Source of the DNA: a virus
Strand: one strand, 5' to 3'
DNA: 64,000 nt
Virus record (IMG/VR): IMGVR_UViG_3300012665_001507
This document shows, piece after piece, positions 25,885-35,150 of this stretch; position 1 is the stretch's first letter; the number at the start of each line of letters is the position of its first letter. Below the pieces are notes generated by a model. That model was not told the origin of the DNA, searched no databases, and saw only the letters and a program-made list of their open reading frames with translations. A program made the position numbers and the translations under genes.

Positions 25885-26130
25885 ATAAATTTTAGAAATA
25901 TAGTTTTCAATGATTAATTTGGTAATCCTTTCTTTTTTGAGATGGAATTTGGTGTCGTTGAGATATTTCTTACGAATGGTCTTATAAGTATGAAGAATAG
26001 CTGTATCACGTAGATTGTAAGTCATATCAACACCATACTCTAAATTGTATTCTGACAATTTAATTTCTACGTAGTATTTGATGTAGTTTAATAACTCATC
26101 ATTGGTGTTGTCGATATCTATGCTTTCCAT
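25867..26130 (-). CDS. Small hypothetical protein
   Basis: 87 aa ORF overlapping the resolvase stop. Confidence 0.6.
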   Translation of the reverse strand: MESIDIDNTNDELLNYIKYYVEIKLSEYNLEYGVDMTYNLRDTAILHTYKTIRKKYLNDTKFHLKKERITKLIIENYISKIYLENQN

Positions 26131-26765
26131 GCTTCAATCTTGTTCATATAACCACGTGCAGCGGTATAAGCATCAGATGTGTCAAAAGTTTCTTTCTTTA
26201 ATTTGTTGTTTTTGTCATAGAACCAACTAACTTGTGGTTCTAACTCAGCAACTTTTTCCCAAAGAACATATTTCTTATCAACATCAAAAGGAAAATCACC
26301 AAACAACACAGGAACGTTCTTAGCGATTTGTTTTTCTAATAGAGGTGTTCCATCCTTTTTTGTTTTTCTAATAGCCATAAGCTCTGGAAATGCATATTTA
26401 CGTGCATCGTAAGATGAGATGAATTCTGGTACAATCCCCAAAGTATCATAAACAGATTTTGAAATCATTCCATTGAATCTTAATAACGTTGCGATTGTAT
26501 AAACGTTGTTTGATTGAAGAAGTGGTTCTTCAATTACAACTCTGGTAATACCAAAATCACTATAGTGTGAAAGGAATTCGTTTTCAAAGATTTCAACTTT
26601 TTTAAACAATTCTTCCATTTTATTATCTGGTTTTGGTTTTACTTTAGGTGATACGTGGTGCAACAATTTAAGCTCACCTTTATGTCCTAAGTCTTCAAAT
26701 AATGCAATACCTATAGTAGATGTTGATACATCTAACGCCAATAAAAATTCTGGTTCTTTTGTCAT
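26118..26765 (-). CDS. RuvC-like Holliday junction resolvase (RNase H fold)
   Basis: LALDVSTSTIG, VIEEP and D.SDAY acidic motifs. Confidence 0.8.
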   Translation of the reverse strand: MTKEPEFLLALDVSTSTIGIALFEDLGHKGELKLLHHVSPKVKPKPDNKMEELFKKVEIFENEFLSHYSDFGITRVVIEEPLLQSNNVYTIATLLRFNGMISKSVYDTLGIVPEFISSYDARKYAFPELMAIRKTKKDGTPLLEKQIAKNVPVLFGDFPFDVDKKYVLWEKVAELEPQVSWFYDKNNKLKKETFDTSDAYTAARGYMNKIEAWKA

Positions 26766-26813
26766 AATACTTTTTTTATTATTAATTTAAGTTATTACTT
26801 AAAAAAATAAAGC

Positions 26814-28016
26814 TTAAAGTGTGATTTTTATTCCTAACGCCAAAAATTCATTAACATTTTTAGTAATGTGTCTATCAGTTTTAGCAACAGCAATAAGGTT
26901 ACCACTATCATCAAATAACCCAACTTCACTGATTCTAGGTATATCACCAATATCAAATGTTGGGTTTGTTGTTGAACCGAATTCACCTCTATCAGCAATA
27001 CATGTAACGCTTTGGTAAACGTTTGTTGAAACACTGTTAAACATTACAGTTGTAGCTGTTGATGCTGATTGAACAAAATTATTAACGATTGTTGGGTCGG
27101 TAATTACGGCAAACCCTTTATCTAAATAAACCATACCAACTAGTGTATCAGCAGTAACAGCTAAGTTAGAATTTGTTTGAAAATTATATGTTTGTTTATG
27201 ATTTAACGAGAATGGTTTTTCAGTATTATAACCAGTAGCCCAACTCAAAGATGCGTCACCACCATTTGGTCTCATAATATCATCAGAAACCAAAGCAGCA
27301 ATATTCTCACCAAATTGATTTGTTTGAAGTGCATTATCAGCAATCAAAGTATCTAATGTCATTAATGTATTATTACCACCCAAATATGTTGAATACATAG
27401 TGTACGTACCAGCAGATGTAGGTAATTCAAGTTTAAATGTTTTACCATCAATACACTCACCATAGTTAGCGTTATTGATTGCAATCACAAGAATTTTTGT
27501 TGCACTAAGTGCACTCAAAGCAGTGTCAGAGTAACCACCGTTTGTGTATGTAACACCAGTATATCTTGTGTCGTCATTTGTGTTTAAAGGTAAACCAAAA
27601 GAATAATACAAATTAACCAAATTGTCAGTTGTTACGTCATTTCTATTAATCAATGATTTTGTCAAACTAGCTCCACTAACTGTAACCATACCATTAGGGA
27701 TAATTTCAGATAAAATATTAATTGATTGTGAAGAAACAGGTTTTGTCAACACACCGCTAGAATTTACAATAAGCATAGTTTTCATACCAACAGATTGTGT
27801 TGTACTGTTACTAATTGTAGAATTAGGACCAATATCACCACCAACCCCAGGAATCTCTCCCGTAGCTAGTGTTAGGTTGGTATAGTAATTAGCATCAGAA
27901 TCACCAAGACTAAAAGTTTTGATTAATGCGTTATTGGTAGACACCATTTTTTGTCTACCTAGTGGAGTTAACTTAGCCGTTAACGTAAGTGTCGTTGCAG
28001 TGTTATTGTATCCCAT
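26814..28016 (-). CDS. Virion baseplate/tail structural protein
   Basis: N-terminal LTPLGRQK..FSLGDSDANY and C-terminal ISEVGLFDDSGNLIAVAK, a tail-collar/fibre-attachment-like motif. Confidence 0.7.
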   Translation of the reverse strand: MGYNNTATTLTLTAKLTPLGRQKMVSTNNALIKTFSLGDSDANYYTNLTLATGEIPGVGGDIGPNSTISNSTTQSVGMKTMLIVNSSGVLTKPVSSQSINILSEIIPNGMVTVSGASLTKSLINRNDVTTDNLVNLYYSFGLPLNTNDDTRYTGVTYTNGGYSDTALSALSATKILVIAINNANYGECIDGKTFKLELPTSAGTYTMYSTYLGGNNTLMTLDTLIADNALQTNQFGENIAALVSDDIMRPNGGDASLSWATGYNTEKPFSLNHKQTYNFQTNSNLAVTADTLVGMVYLDKGFAVITDPTIVNNFVQSASTATTVMFNSVSTNVYQSVTCIADRGEFGSTTNPTFDIGDIPRISEVGLFDDSGNLIAVAKTDRHITKNVNEFLALGIKITL

Positions 28017-30151
28017 TAGAAGTCCATTGATAATTCAAGCATTATTGTGTTTCCACCAGCTAAAGGAACTGGGTTAGATAATTTACCAATACATACTAGG
28101 TTTCTATCTGTATCGTAAATACCTACCTCAGTAATTTTGATATTTGGTGGGTTTGTTGACATATCTTTGCTTCTAGTCGGGTTAGTAGTTGCATTGAACT
28201 GACTAGCGTTAACTCTAATATCAAAGATTGTTTTGTATATTGTCGCACCGATGAATGTTGTTAAATTCCCGTAGAAGAATCTTTCATCACCGAATTGTAA
28301 TTGTTCTGGTTGTGTGTTGGCTGGTAAATTCAACGCTGCAATAATACTAAATGTAGTTGCTGAATTATCTTTTAATTTATCAATGATAAAACCAGTCGTT
28401 GTTGGTGTTTGACCTTCTAATAATTTAGGGTCAATTGTTTCACCAGCACCACCAGTAATCGCTGTGGTTGTAAAGTCAAAAGCTTTCCATGCTCCTGGGT
28501 CTGGGCGGTCAGTTGGGTCTTGCACCATTTGATAAACCAATTTGAATTTATCGGCATAGAAACCATAACCATCATAACCAGATTCTAATTTACGCATGTA
28601 AGGTAATAAATCTGTTTCGTTGATTCTAAACGCAACATCTTTTGCAGCCGATGTATTGTTTGTTATTTTGATATATTCTTGACAAGACATAGATGTCGTT
28701 AAACCAGTACCTGTTGTGTTTTCTAAAATGTATGTTAAATACATTGTATCATTAATAGCCAACACCCCAGTAGACGTACCACCAGTTGGTGCTTGTAATG
28801 TTGCACCCAATTCTGGAAGTGTCCAGTTTCTATTTGATTTGTAAGACGTTGCCGCAACAATTTCGTCATCATGAATAACACACGTTTTTAATTGTGGGTA
28901 AATTCTACCAACAACTTTAGGTGTTGATGCCGCAGCAATCAAAGTTGGGTCCTCAATTAAATCAATATATTCAATATCACTGTTGGTTATTACTTGTGTT
29001 GCACCTGTAGCTATGAATGTCATACCCATAGATGTTCCACTACCCGTAGTACCAGAGTATCTATGGTACATTAAATCTGGCATATATAAACTTAAATATT
29101 TACCAGATGCTGAATCAGTGTAGAAAAACTCACCATATAAGTTAGAAATAGTATTATTTGTGTAGTGAATAATAGAAATAGATTTAACTACTTCGTCTGG
29201 ATAGCTCATACCTGGCCCGTTACAATTAAATGTAAGTGTTTCACCAGTTGATTGACAAAGATATTCTAAGTAAGGATTTTTAGTACCTAAGTATCTATAA
29301 GAACCAAACTTGGTATAATTTTCATATAAGTTAGTAGTTGATAACCCAGTGATACCAGCAATGTCTTCACACCACACATTGTTCATGTTCCAAACTGGAA
29401 CATCATGACATGTAATGTTTACATTCGAGTCAAAAGATAAAGTACCAGAATCCCAATAAGCAGTGGTTGTTCCAGTAGAGATTGTTTCATAAACCTCACC
29501 ACCTCTGTAAACAATAACTTGGGTTGATGCAGTTTGAGAATGCAAGTTAGGTAAATTTCTATCAACCGTTACGTAACCAGCACCAGTTGCTTGAACCTTA
29601 AACCAAAGATTTGGAAGTGCTCTACTGTTTTCATTATTTACAATATTACCAACAGTGTCGTTTGCTAATTTAATTAACATAACATCACCAACATGAATAT
29701 CGGTAGTTGTAATAGCAAAGCTAGTCCCACCAGTAAATACTGAATTTGATACGTTAGTAAAATATGGTGTATACGTTGACCCCGTAAGTGTTGTGAACGT
29801 TGAACCAGAACGTTGAAAGAAACCTCTTTCGTCAGCTTCATTATTTACAATAGCTTTAACAACGTTTAACACTGAACCATTTACCGCTTGAAATGGGTCA
29901 CTAGCACCGTTAGGTGTTATGAATGTTTTGATGTTTGGTTGTCTATCGAATGGTCTAAACACAGCACTAGTTGCTGATAATGTTACGTCAGTAGGGTTTG
30001 CGTCCACAATAGCTTCTCTATTGTAGTTAATTTCAGAATCACCAATCGCCCAATAGTTAAAATTTAATTTACCTTGTGCTAATTGTTCTCTACCTTTTTG
30101 TGTTAACTTTATGCTAACAAACGGACTTGTGCTTTTAATTATGTAACTCAT
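28016..30151 (-). CDS. Virion baseplate/tail structural protein, paralogue of the downstream gene
   Basis: LTQKGREQLA...WAIGDSEINY and C-terminal ITEVGIYDTDRNLVCIGK. Confidence 0.7.
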   Translation of the reverse strand: MSYIIKSTSPFVSIKLTQKGREQLAQGKLNFNYWAIGDSEINYNREAIVDANPTDVTLSATSAVFRPFDRQPNIKTFITPNGASDPFQAVNGSVLNVVKAIVNNEADERGFFQRSGSTFTTLTGSTYTPYFTNVSNSVFTGGTSFAITTTDIHVGDVMLIKLANDTVGNIVNNENSRALPNLWFKVQATGAGYVTVDRNLPNLHSQTASTQVIVYRGGEVYETISTGTTTAYWDSGTLSFDSNVNITCHDVPVWNMNNVWCEDIAGITGLSTTNLYENYTKFGSYRYLGTKNPYLEYLCQSTGETLTFNCNGPGMSYPDEVVKSISIIHYTNNTISNLYGEFFYTDSASGKYLSLYMPDLMYHRYSGTTGSGTSMGMTFIATGATQVITNSDIEYIDLIEDPTLIAAASTPKVVGRIYPQLKTCVIHDDEIVAATSYKSNRNWTLPELGATLQAPTGGTSTGVLAINDTMYLTYILENTTGTGLTTSMSCQEYIKITNNTSAAKDVAFRINETDLLPYMRKLESGYDGYGFYADKFKLVYQMVQDPTDRPDPGAWKAFDFTTTAITGGAGETIDPKLLEGQTPTTTGFIIDKLKDNSATTFSIIAALNLPANTQPEQLQFGDERFFYGNLTTFIGATIYKTIFDIRVNASQFNATTNPTRSKDMSTNPPNIKITEVGIYDTDRNLVCIGKLSNPVPLAGGNTIMLELSMDF

Positions 30152-30155
30152 ATTT

Positions 30156-30190
30156 TATAAATATCTTTTTCTTTATTTTAGTTATAAATA
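30156..30190 (-). promoter_or_regulatory. Tandem putative late promoters
   Basis: GATATTTATA twice (cores at 30156-30163 and 30183-30190). Confidence 0.6.
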
Positions 30191-30207
30191 TCTAATAGTA
30201 AATAATA

Positions 30208-31638
30208 TTAATACGAATTTATCGAATTACTTTGGATTACTACTGGAATAATTTCACTATATGATGTGCTGTTAAGGTTATCACCACAAATAGTTGTATA
30301 ATTTTTTTCATTTCTCACTCTATAGTATAGTGTCGTACCAACTGTTCCGCTGGCAACAAAACCTAAATTATAAAAACTAACACCAACTTCATAATCAGTG
30401 GTACCACTAAAATATAATGAACTAAAGGTGTCACCAGTTGAAACTTCTAACGCAAAATAACCATTTTTAGCGGTTGGTGTTTCAGCTATACTCCACGTCA
30501 CTATTGGTGTGCTTGTGTTTAACCCCATTGCAGAACCAGTTCTAGGGAAATAAACTATTGTAATAATATCACCAACCATCAACATACCTTCAAGAATAAG
30601 TCTTTTAGGGTTAGATATTGATTGGAAAAAATCGATATTATTTGCCAAAGTAGCACCATTCAACATTACAATAACACTAGCACCATCTTGTGGTGTAACT
30701 GAAGCATAAATCTCATACTTGTCAGTTGTTGTGTTATAATAAACTTCATTAGAGCCTTGGCCATCTGTAGCACCACTAACTATTGGCGAATTAACATTTA
30801 AGTTATCACTAACCATATTATAACCACCACCAGTTGAGTAGATAACAGTGATAATATCATCTGAGAACGTTTCACCACTCAAGAATACTACGTTACCAAC
30901 AAATGAATAATCTTGATTCAAAGCCAAAACCAAACCATTTAACGTAACAACAAAATCACCAATAACACCATTTTGGATGTTGAAGGTGGTTTGACCATTT
31001 GTAGGTATTATTACTTGTTGTCTTAATTGACCTATTTGAGCTAAGTTGCTATTATTTTGTGTTAACACAGGAATCTCAGCTTGTTTCATTGCAATGAAAT
31101 AATAATCAAATTCTTTGTCGTAAATACCATATTCTGTACCAGAAATAAATGTTGATGTATCAACAGTTTTGTTTAATTTACCCAAGAAATCAGTACACAC
31201 ACCAAAAGAATAGTATGGTTTAATTATGTATTCACCATCAAGAGTTAATCCACTAGATGGGACATATTGTGTTGTTATGTTGGTGGCACTAAATGTTGAA
31301 TAATCCAACGTTTCTGATTTATATACAGGCGTTGAGCTAAAACCACTAAATATATCTGAATATTTATAAACCTCAAATTTAAACAGTGCACTGGTATCTA
31401 TAAAAGACCTAGTGTTTGCTGTGAAATCAAAAGTTAACGGAATATTTTGTGTATTGGCAGAAATAATATAAGACGTACCGCTAGTTGAACCAGTGCAATC
31501 TATTTTAGACGCACCACTAAGTGAATATTGTGGACTTTCAAAAATACAAATATCTGAACTCATATTGACGTTCAGAATATCTTTGTTTCTTACAGCACCA
31601 TTTTCATTTTGAATATATATTGGTTCTTGATATCTCAT
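30208..31638 (-). CDS. Virion structural protein (beta-rich, repeated VxLNG..L...DY/F units, Fn3-like C-terminus)
   Basis: Repeated motifs and position in the tail block. Confidence 0.6.
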   Translation of the reverse strand: MRYQEPIYIQNENGAVRNKDILNVNMSSDICIFESPQYSLSGASKIDCTGSTSGTSYIISANTQNIPLTFDFTANTRSFIDTSALFKFEVYKYSDIFSGFSSTPVYKSETLDYSTFSATNITTQYVPSSGLTLDGEYIIKPYYSFGVCTDFLGKLNKTVDTSTFISGTEYGIYDKEFDYYFIAMKQAEIPVLTQNNSNLAQIGQLRQQVIIPTNGQTTFNIQNGVIGDFVVTLNGLVLALNQDYSFVGNVVFLSGETFSDDIITVIYSTGGGYNMVSDNLNVNSPIVSGATDGQGSNEVYYNTTTDKYEIYASVTPQDGASVIVMLNGATLANNIDFFQSISNPKRLILEGMLMVGDIITIVYFPRTGSAMGLNTSTPIVTWSIAETPTAKNGYFALEVSTGDTFSSLYFSGTTDYEVGVSFYNLGFVASGTVGTTLYYRVRNEKNYTTICGDNLNSTSYSEIIPVVIQSNSINSY

Positions 31639-31880
31639 TAGTAATTTATTTCTAGTGTAACCATTGTTTTATTATAACTATCCTTTAACCCAAAAGATTG
31701 TGGAATAATCAAAGCAGCGGTTTCTTCTGCTCTTGTTAAGTTTTGTAAATACCCAACAAAACCATTCAAGTTAATGTAGTCTTCTCGTTGTATTTCACCC
31801 GTAATATTAGAAATGTAACGAATATCGTCTATGACATTCGTTAACACCTCACCTTGTATATTTTTTATAAATTGTGTCAT
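31638..31880 (-). CDS. Small protein in the tail block
   Basis: 80 aa, TAATG coupling. Confidence 0.65.
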   Translation of the reverse strand: MTQFIKNIQGEVLTNVIDDIRYISNITGEIQREDYINLNGFVGYLQNLTRAEETAALIIPQSFGLKDSYNKTMVTLEINY

Positions 31881-31884
31881 AACA

Positions 31885-34809
31885 TTATGGTTTTCTAAAG
31901 ACTGCTCTACCAGCTTTTAATAAATAAAGACCACCAGATGGCATAGATGTATCAGCATCAGCTTGAGCATCATTATCATATGGACCGTATGTTTTAATAC
32001 TTAATCTGTCAACATATGTTGCGTTAGCTACAGTACTATTGATTGCAGCACCCAACACTATTGAGTTTAAATGACCAGCTGTGGAACCAGAACCATGTAC
32101 AAAACTTGCTTCCGCACCAGCTGTTGAACCAATACCACCAGCGTGTGAATATCTACCTTCAGTTACTGTTTGTCTTCCCTCAGCATGTGATGCTGTACCA
32201 CCAGCTAACGTACTTTGACCTTCAGCATGTGATGCTTCACCAGCAGCTTGTGTACCATAACCTTCAGCATGTGAATTATTACCAGATGCTAGCGTTTCAG
32301 AACCTTCAGCATGAGAGTATTGTCCACTAGCTATTGTAAGTTTACCTTCAGCGTGTGACATTATACCACTTGCTAATGTGTTTTGACCCTCAGAGTGACT
32401 ATATGTTGTTGTTGCTGATGTAGCCCAACCTTCAGCGTGTGAATATTGTCCACTAGCTACTGTACGATAACCTTCAGCATGACTACCAATACCAGAAGCA
32501 GTTGTACCAGAACCTTCAGCATGTGACATTATACCACTAGCGATTGTTTGATAACCTTCAGCGTGACTAGCAATAGCACTAGCAGTTGTTCCAGAACCTT
32601 CAGCATGTGAAGCTTCGCCAGAAGCTATTGTTAAGATACCTTCAGCATGAGAACCGTCACCCGTTGCAGTACCACCAGATACCCAAATATCTGGTTCAAA
32701 TGGGTTTAAAACGTCTATAAATTTACCACCTTCAGCGTGTGAACCATTACCTATTGCACGTGTATTTATACCTTCAGAGTGACTCGCATAAGCTCTAGAT
32801 TGTGTTCCATATCCTTCGGCATGCGATGTTAAACCACTTGATATTGTTCCAGACCCTTCGGCATGAGACGAATGTCCAACGGCTATTGTGTTATTACCTT
32901 CAGCATGTGAATTAAACCCACTAGCTAATGTAAATGAACCTTCAGCGTGAGCATTTAATGTTGTTGCTGATGTTGAAAGACCTTCAGCGTGAGAGGCTTC
33001 ACCAGTTGCATATGTTAATTTACCTTCAGCGTGTGATGCTAGTCCATTAGCTATTGAACCTTCACCTTCAGCATGTGAATAAGAAGAATTGGCCTGTGTT
33101 TGGAAACCTTCTGCGTGACTAGCAACATCAAATGCTATTGTTTCAACACCTTCTGCATGACTTCCTTGCCCTAAAGCTGTACCACCAGAAAAGTATGTAC
33201 TTATTTTTGCATTATACATACCACCTTCAGCATGTGAGTAAGAACCAGACGCTAGTGTTTGCCAACCTTCAGCATGTGAACCACTTCCGCTGGCTATTGT
33301 TCCTTCACCTTCAGTGTGAGAAAATTCTCCACTAGCTAGTGTGTTATGACCTTCAGAGTGAGCCCCATTACCAGAAGCAATTGTAACATCACCTTCAGCA
33401 TGAGATACATCACCAGATGCTAAGGTATCTTTTCCTTCAGCATGACTGACATAACCACTGGCTCTTGAATAATAACCTTCAGCATGACTTGCCAATCCAG
33501 ATGCCAGTGTTTTTTGACCTTCAGCATGACTTGCGTCAGTTGTTGCTGATGTAGCCATTGGTGAACCATATATATCGTCACCACCACCTTCAGCGTGTGA
33601 ATACGCACCTAAAGCATAGTTATATTTTCCTTCAGCATGACTTGCTTGACCTTCAGCTATTGTTTCATGCCCTTCAGCGTGACTTACTTCACCACTAGCT
33701 AGTGTTTGATAACCTTCAGCATGACTAGCAATAGCACTAGCAGTTGTTCCAGAACCTTCAGCATGAGTTGCCTCACCACTAGATTGTGTCCCATTACCTT
33801 CAGAGTGAGAAAAATCACCAATCGCTGATGTTCCAATACCTTCAGCGTGAGCTGCTTGACCACTTGCTAGTGTGCTTGAACCTTCAGAGTGAGCTGCCTC
33901 ACCAATTGCTTGTGTTGTGTTACCTTCAGCATGAGAATAATCACCACTAGCTATTGTATTAGGACCTTCAGCGTGAGCCACTATACCGCTAGCTACTGAA
34001 TAAAACCCTTCAGCGTGTGAATATTCACCACCAGCTATTGTGTTAAAACCTTCAGCGTGTGATGTTACACCTGTTGCTATTGTTTCTTGACCTTCAGCGT
34101 GTGAGTAAGCACCACTAGCAAGTGTTTGGTATCCTTCAGAGTGAGATATCACACCAGATGCAATGTTTTGTCTACCTTCAGCGTGACTATAATTACCACT
34201 AGCTACGTTAGATGTACCCTCAGCATGGCTTGAATCACCGTTCGCAATATTAAACGACCCTTCAGCATGGGCATACTGTGTTGTTGCTGATGTTCTATAA
34301 CCTTGGGCATGACTAGCAGCACCAGAGGCCAATGTATTGTTACCATAAGCGACAGCATAGTTACCTGTTGCATTTAATCCAGTGCTATTTATTGCCTTTA
34401 TTGAACTAGTCCCAGTTGTACCAGAAACCCAATATTGTGTTGGAGTTGTTGAGCCCGTGTTAAATCCACTAACCGTAAATGTACCACCTGTGTTATTGGT
34501 AAAAGTTGCTATACCAGAGTTATAAGTACCACCTGTTACTCTAATATCAGTTGGTGCTGTATATCCTGTATAGTATCCATTTACAGTAAATGTACCACCA
34601 GTGTTGTTGGTAAAAGTTGTGACACCGTTTGAATAGGTACCACCAGTAACTGTTACATCAGTAGGAAAACTTATATTGTTCAAAACTTGTTGAATCGTAG
34701 TTTTATAAGAACTACCATTGGGGTCTTGTGATTGGTCGTTTACTAATACAATGTGTATTAAATCATTCAACCCAACTGATGGGGCTATAGTTCTACTAGT
34801 TAATTTCAT
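31885..34809 (-). CDS. Tail fibre/adhesin with roughly 50 14-aa SHAEG repeats (YadA/Hep_Hag-like beta-roll)
   Basis: (xxxASGxxSHAEG)n; N-terminal VTGGTY duplications; late motif at 34826-34833. Confidence 0.8.
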   Translation of the reverse strand: MKLTSRTIAPSVGLNDLIHIVLVNDQSQDPNGSSYKTTIQQVLNNISFPTDVTVTGGTYSNGVTTFTNNTGGTFTVNGYYTGYTAPTDIRVTGGTYNSGIATFTNNTGGTFTVSGFNTGSTTPTQYWVSGTTGTSSIKAINSTGLNATGNYAVAYGNNTLASGAASHAQGYRTSATTQYAHAEGSFNIANGDSSHAEGTSNVASGNYSHAEGRQNIASGVISHSEGYQTLASGAYSHAEGQETIATGVTSHAEGFNTIAGGEYSHAEGFYSVASGIVAHAEGPNTIASGDYSHAEGNTTQAIGEAAHSEGSSTLASGQAAHAEGIGTSAIGDFSHSEGNGTQSSGEATHAEGSGTTASAIASHAEGYQTLASGEVSHAEGHETIAEGQASHAEGKYNYALGAYSHAEGGGDDIYGSPMATSATTDASHAEGQKTLASGLASHAEGYYSRASGYVSHAEGKDTLASGDVSHAEGDVTIASGNGAHSEGHNTLASGEFSHTEGEGTIASGSGSHAEGWQTLASGSYSHAEGGMYNAKISTYFSGGTALGQGSHAEGVETIAFDVASHAEGFQTQANSSYSHAEGEGSIANGLASHAEGKLTYATGEASHAEGLSTSATTLNAHAEGSFTLASGFNSHAEGNNTIAVGHSSHAEGSGTISSGLTSHAEGYGTQSRAYASHSEGINTRAIGNGSHAEGGKFIDVLNPFEPDIWVSGGTATGDGSHAEGILTIASGEASHAEGSGTTASAIASHAEGYQTIASGIMSHAEGSGTTASGIGSHAEGYRTVASGQYSHAEGWATSATTTYSHSEGQNTLASGIMSHAEGKLTIASGQYSHAEGSETLASGNNSHAEGYGTQAAGEASHAEGQSTLAGGTASHAEGRQTVTEGRYSHAGGIGSTAGAEASFVHGSGSTAGHLNSIVLGAAINSTVANATYVDRLSIKTYGPYDNDAQADADTSMPSGGLYLLKAGRAVFRKP
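32100..34320 (-). repeat. 42-bp-period degenerate coding tandem repeat (CCTTCAGC(A/G)TG core)
   Basis: The core recurs about every 42 nt and encodes HAEG. Confidence 0.9.
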
Positions 34810-34825
34810 TTCTTTTTCTTTTATC

Positions 34826-34833
34826 TATAAATA
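34826..34833 (-). promoter_or_regulatory. Putative late promoter TATTTATA
   Basis: 16 nt upstream of the fibre ATG. Confidence 0.65.
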
Positions 34834-34835
34834 TA

Positions 34836-35150
34836 TTATGCTATTAAAATAAGACCCGTTTCTTCGTTTAAATAAAACACATTTGTCTTTAAATTTGTTC
34901 TTTCACCAATCATCGATTCAATATTAGGTTTTTCATTACTTAAAACAATAACATCATAATCTGAAAATTCATCCCAAAACCCATGATAGTGACTACCAAA
35001 AACAAAAACGGGTACATCACCCAATACCTCAAAAACCACTTGTTTTATCAGTCTAAAATTTTCTTGTCTTTCCAACGGTAAATCCTCAAAGTTTTTTAAT
35101 TGACCTCTGAATTCTCTTTCACGCCCTTTATGATGAACTATTCTTATCAT
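34836..35150 (-). CDS. Minimal nucleotidyltransferase (pol-beta/MNT fold)
   Basis: VFVFGS.....SDYDVIV (hGS...DhD); ATGA overlap with the upstream gene. Confidence 0.75.
   Translation of the reverse strand: MIRIVHHKGREREFRGQLKNFEDLPLERQENFRLIKQVVFEVLGDVPVFVFGSHYHGFWDEFSDYDVIVLSNEKPNIESMIGERTNLKTNVFYLNEETGLILIA

Noticed and set aside
32100-34320. Regularly spaced CCTTCAGCATG repeats resembling a CRISPR array
   Set aside because: The repeats are short, vary at third codon positions, have a 42-nt in-frame period and encode the SHAEG protein repeat; no cas genes are present
31885-34809. Diversity-generating retroelement targeting the fibre
   Set aside because: No reverse transcriptase in the window; the near-identical 63-nt pair is intragenic, differs at a single position and is not at the C-terminus
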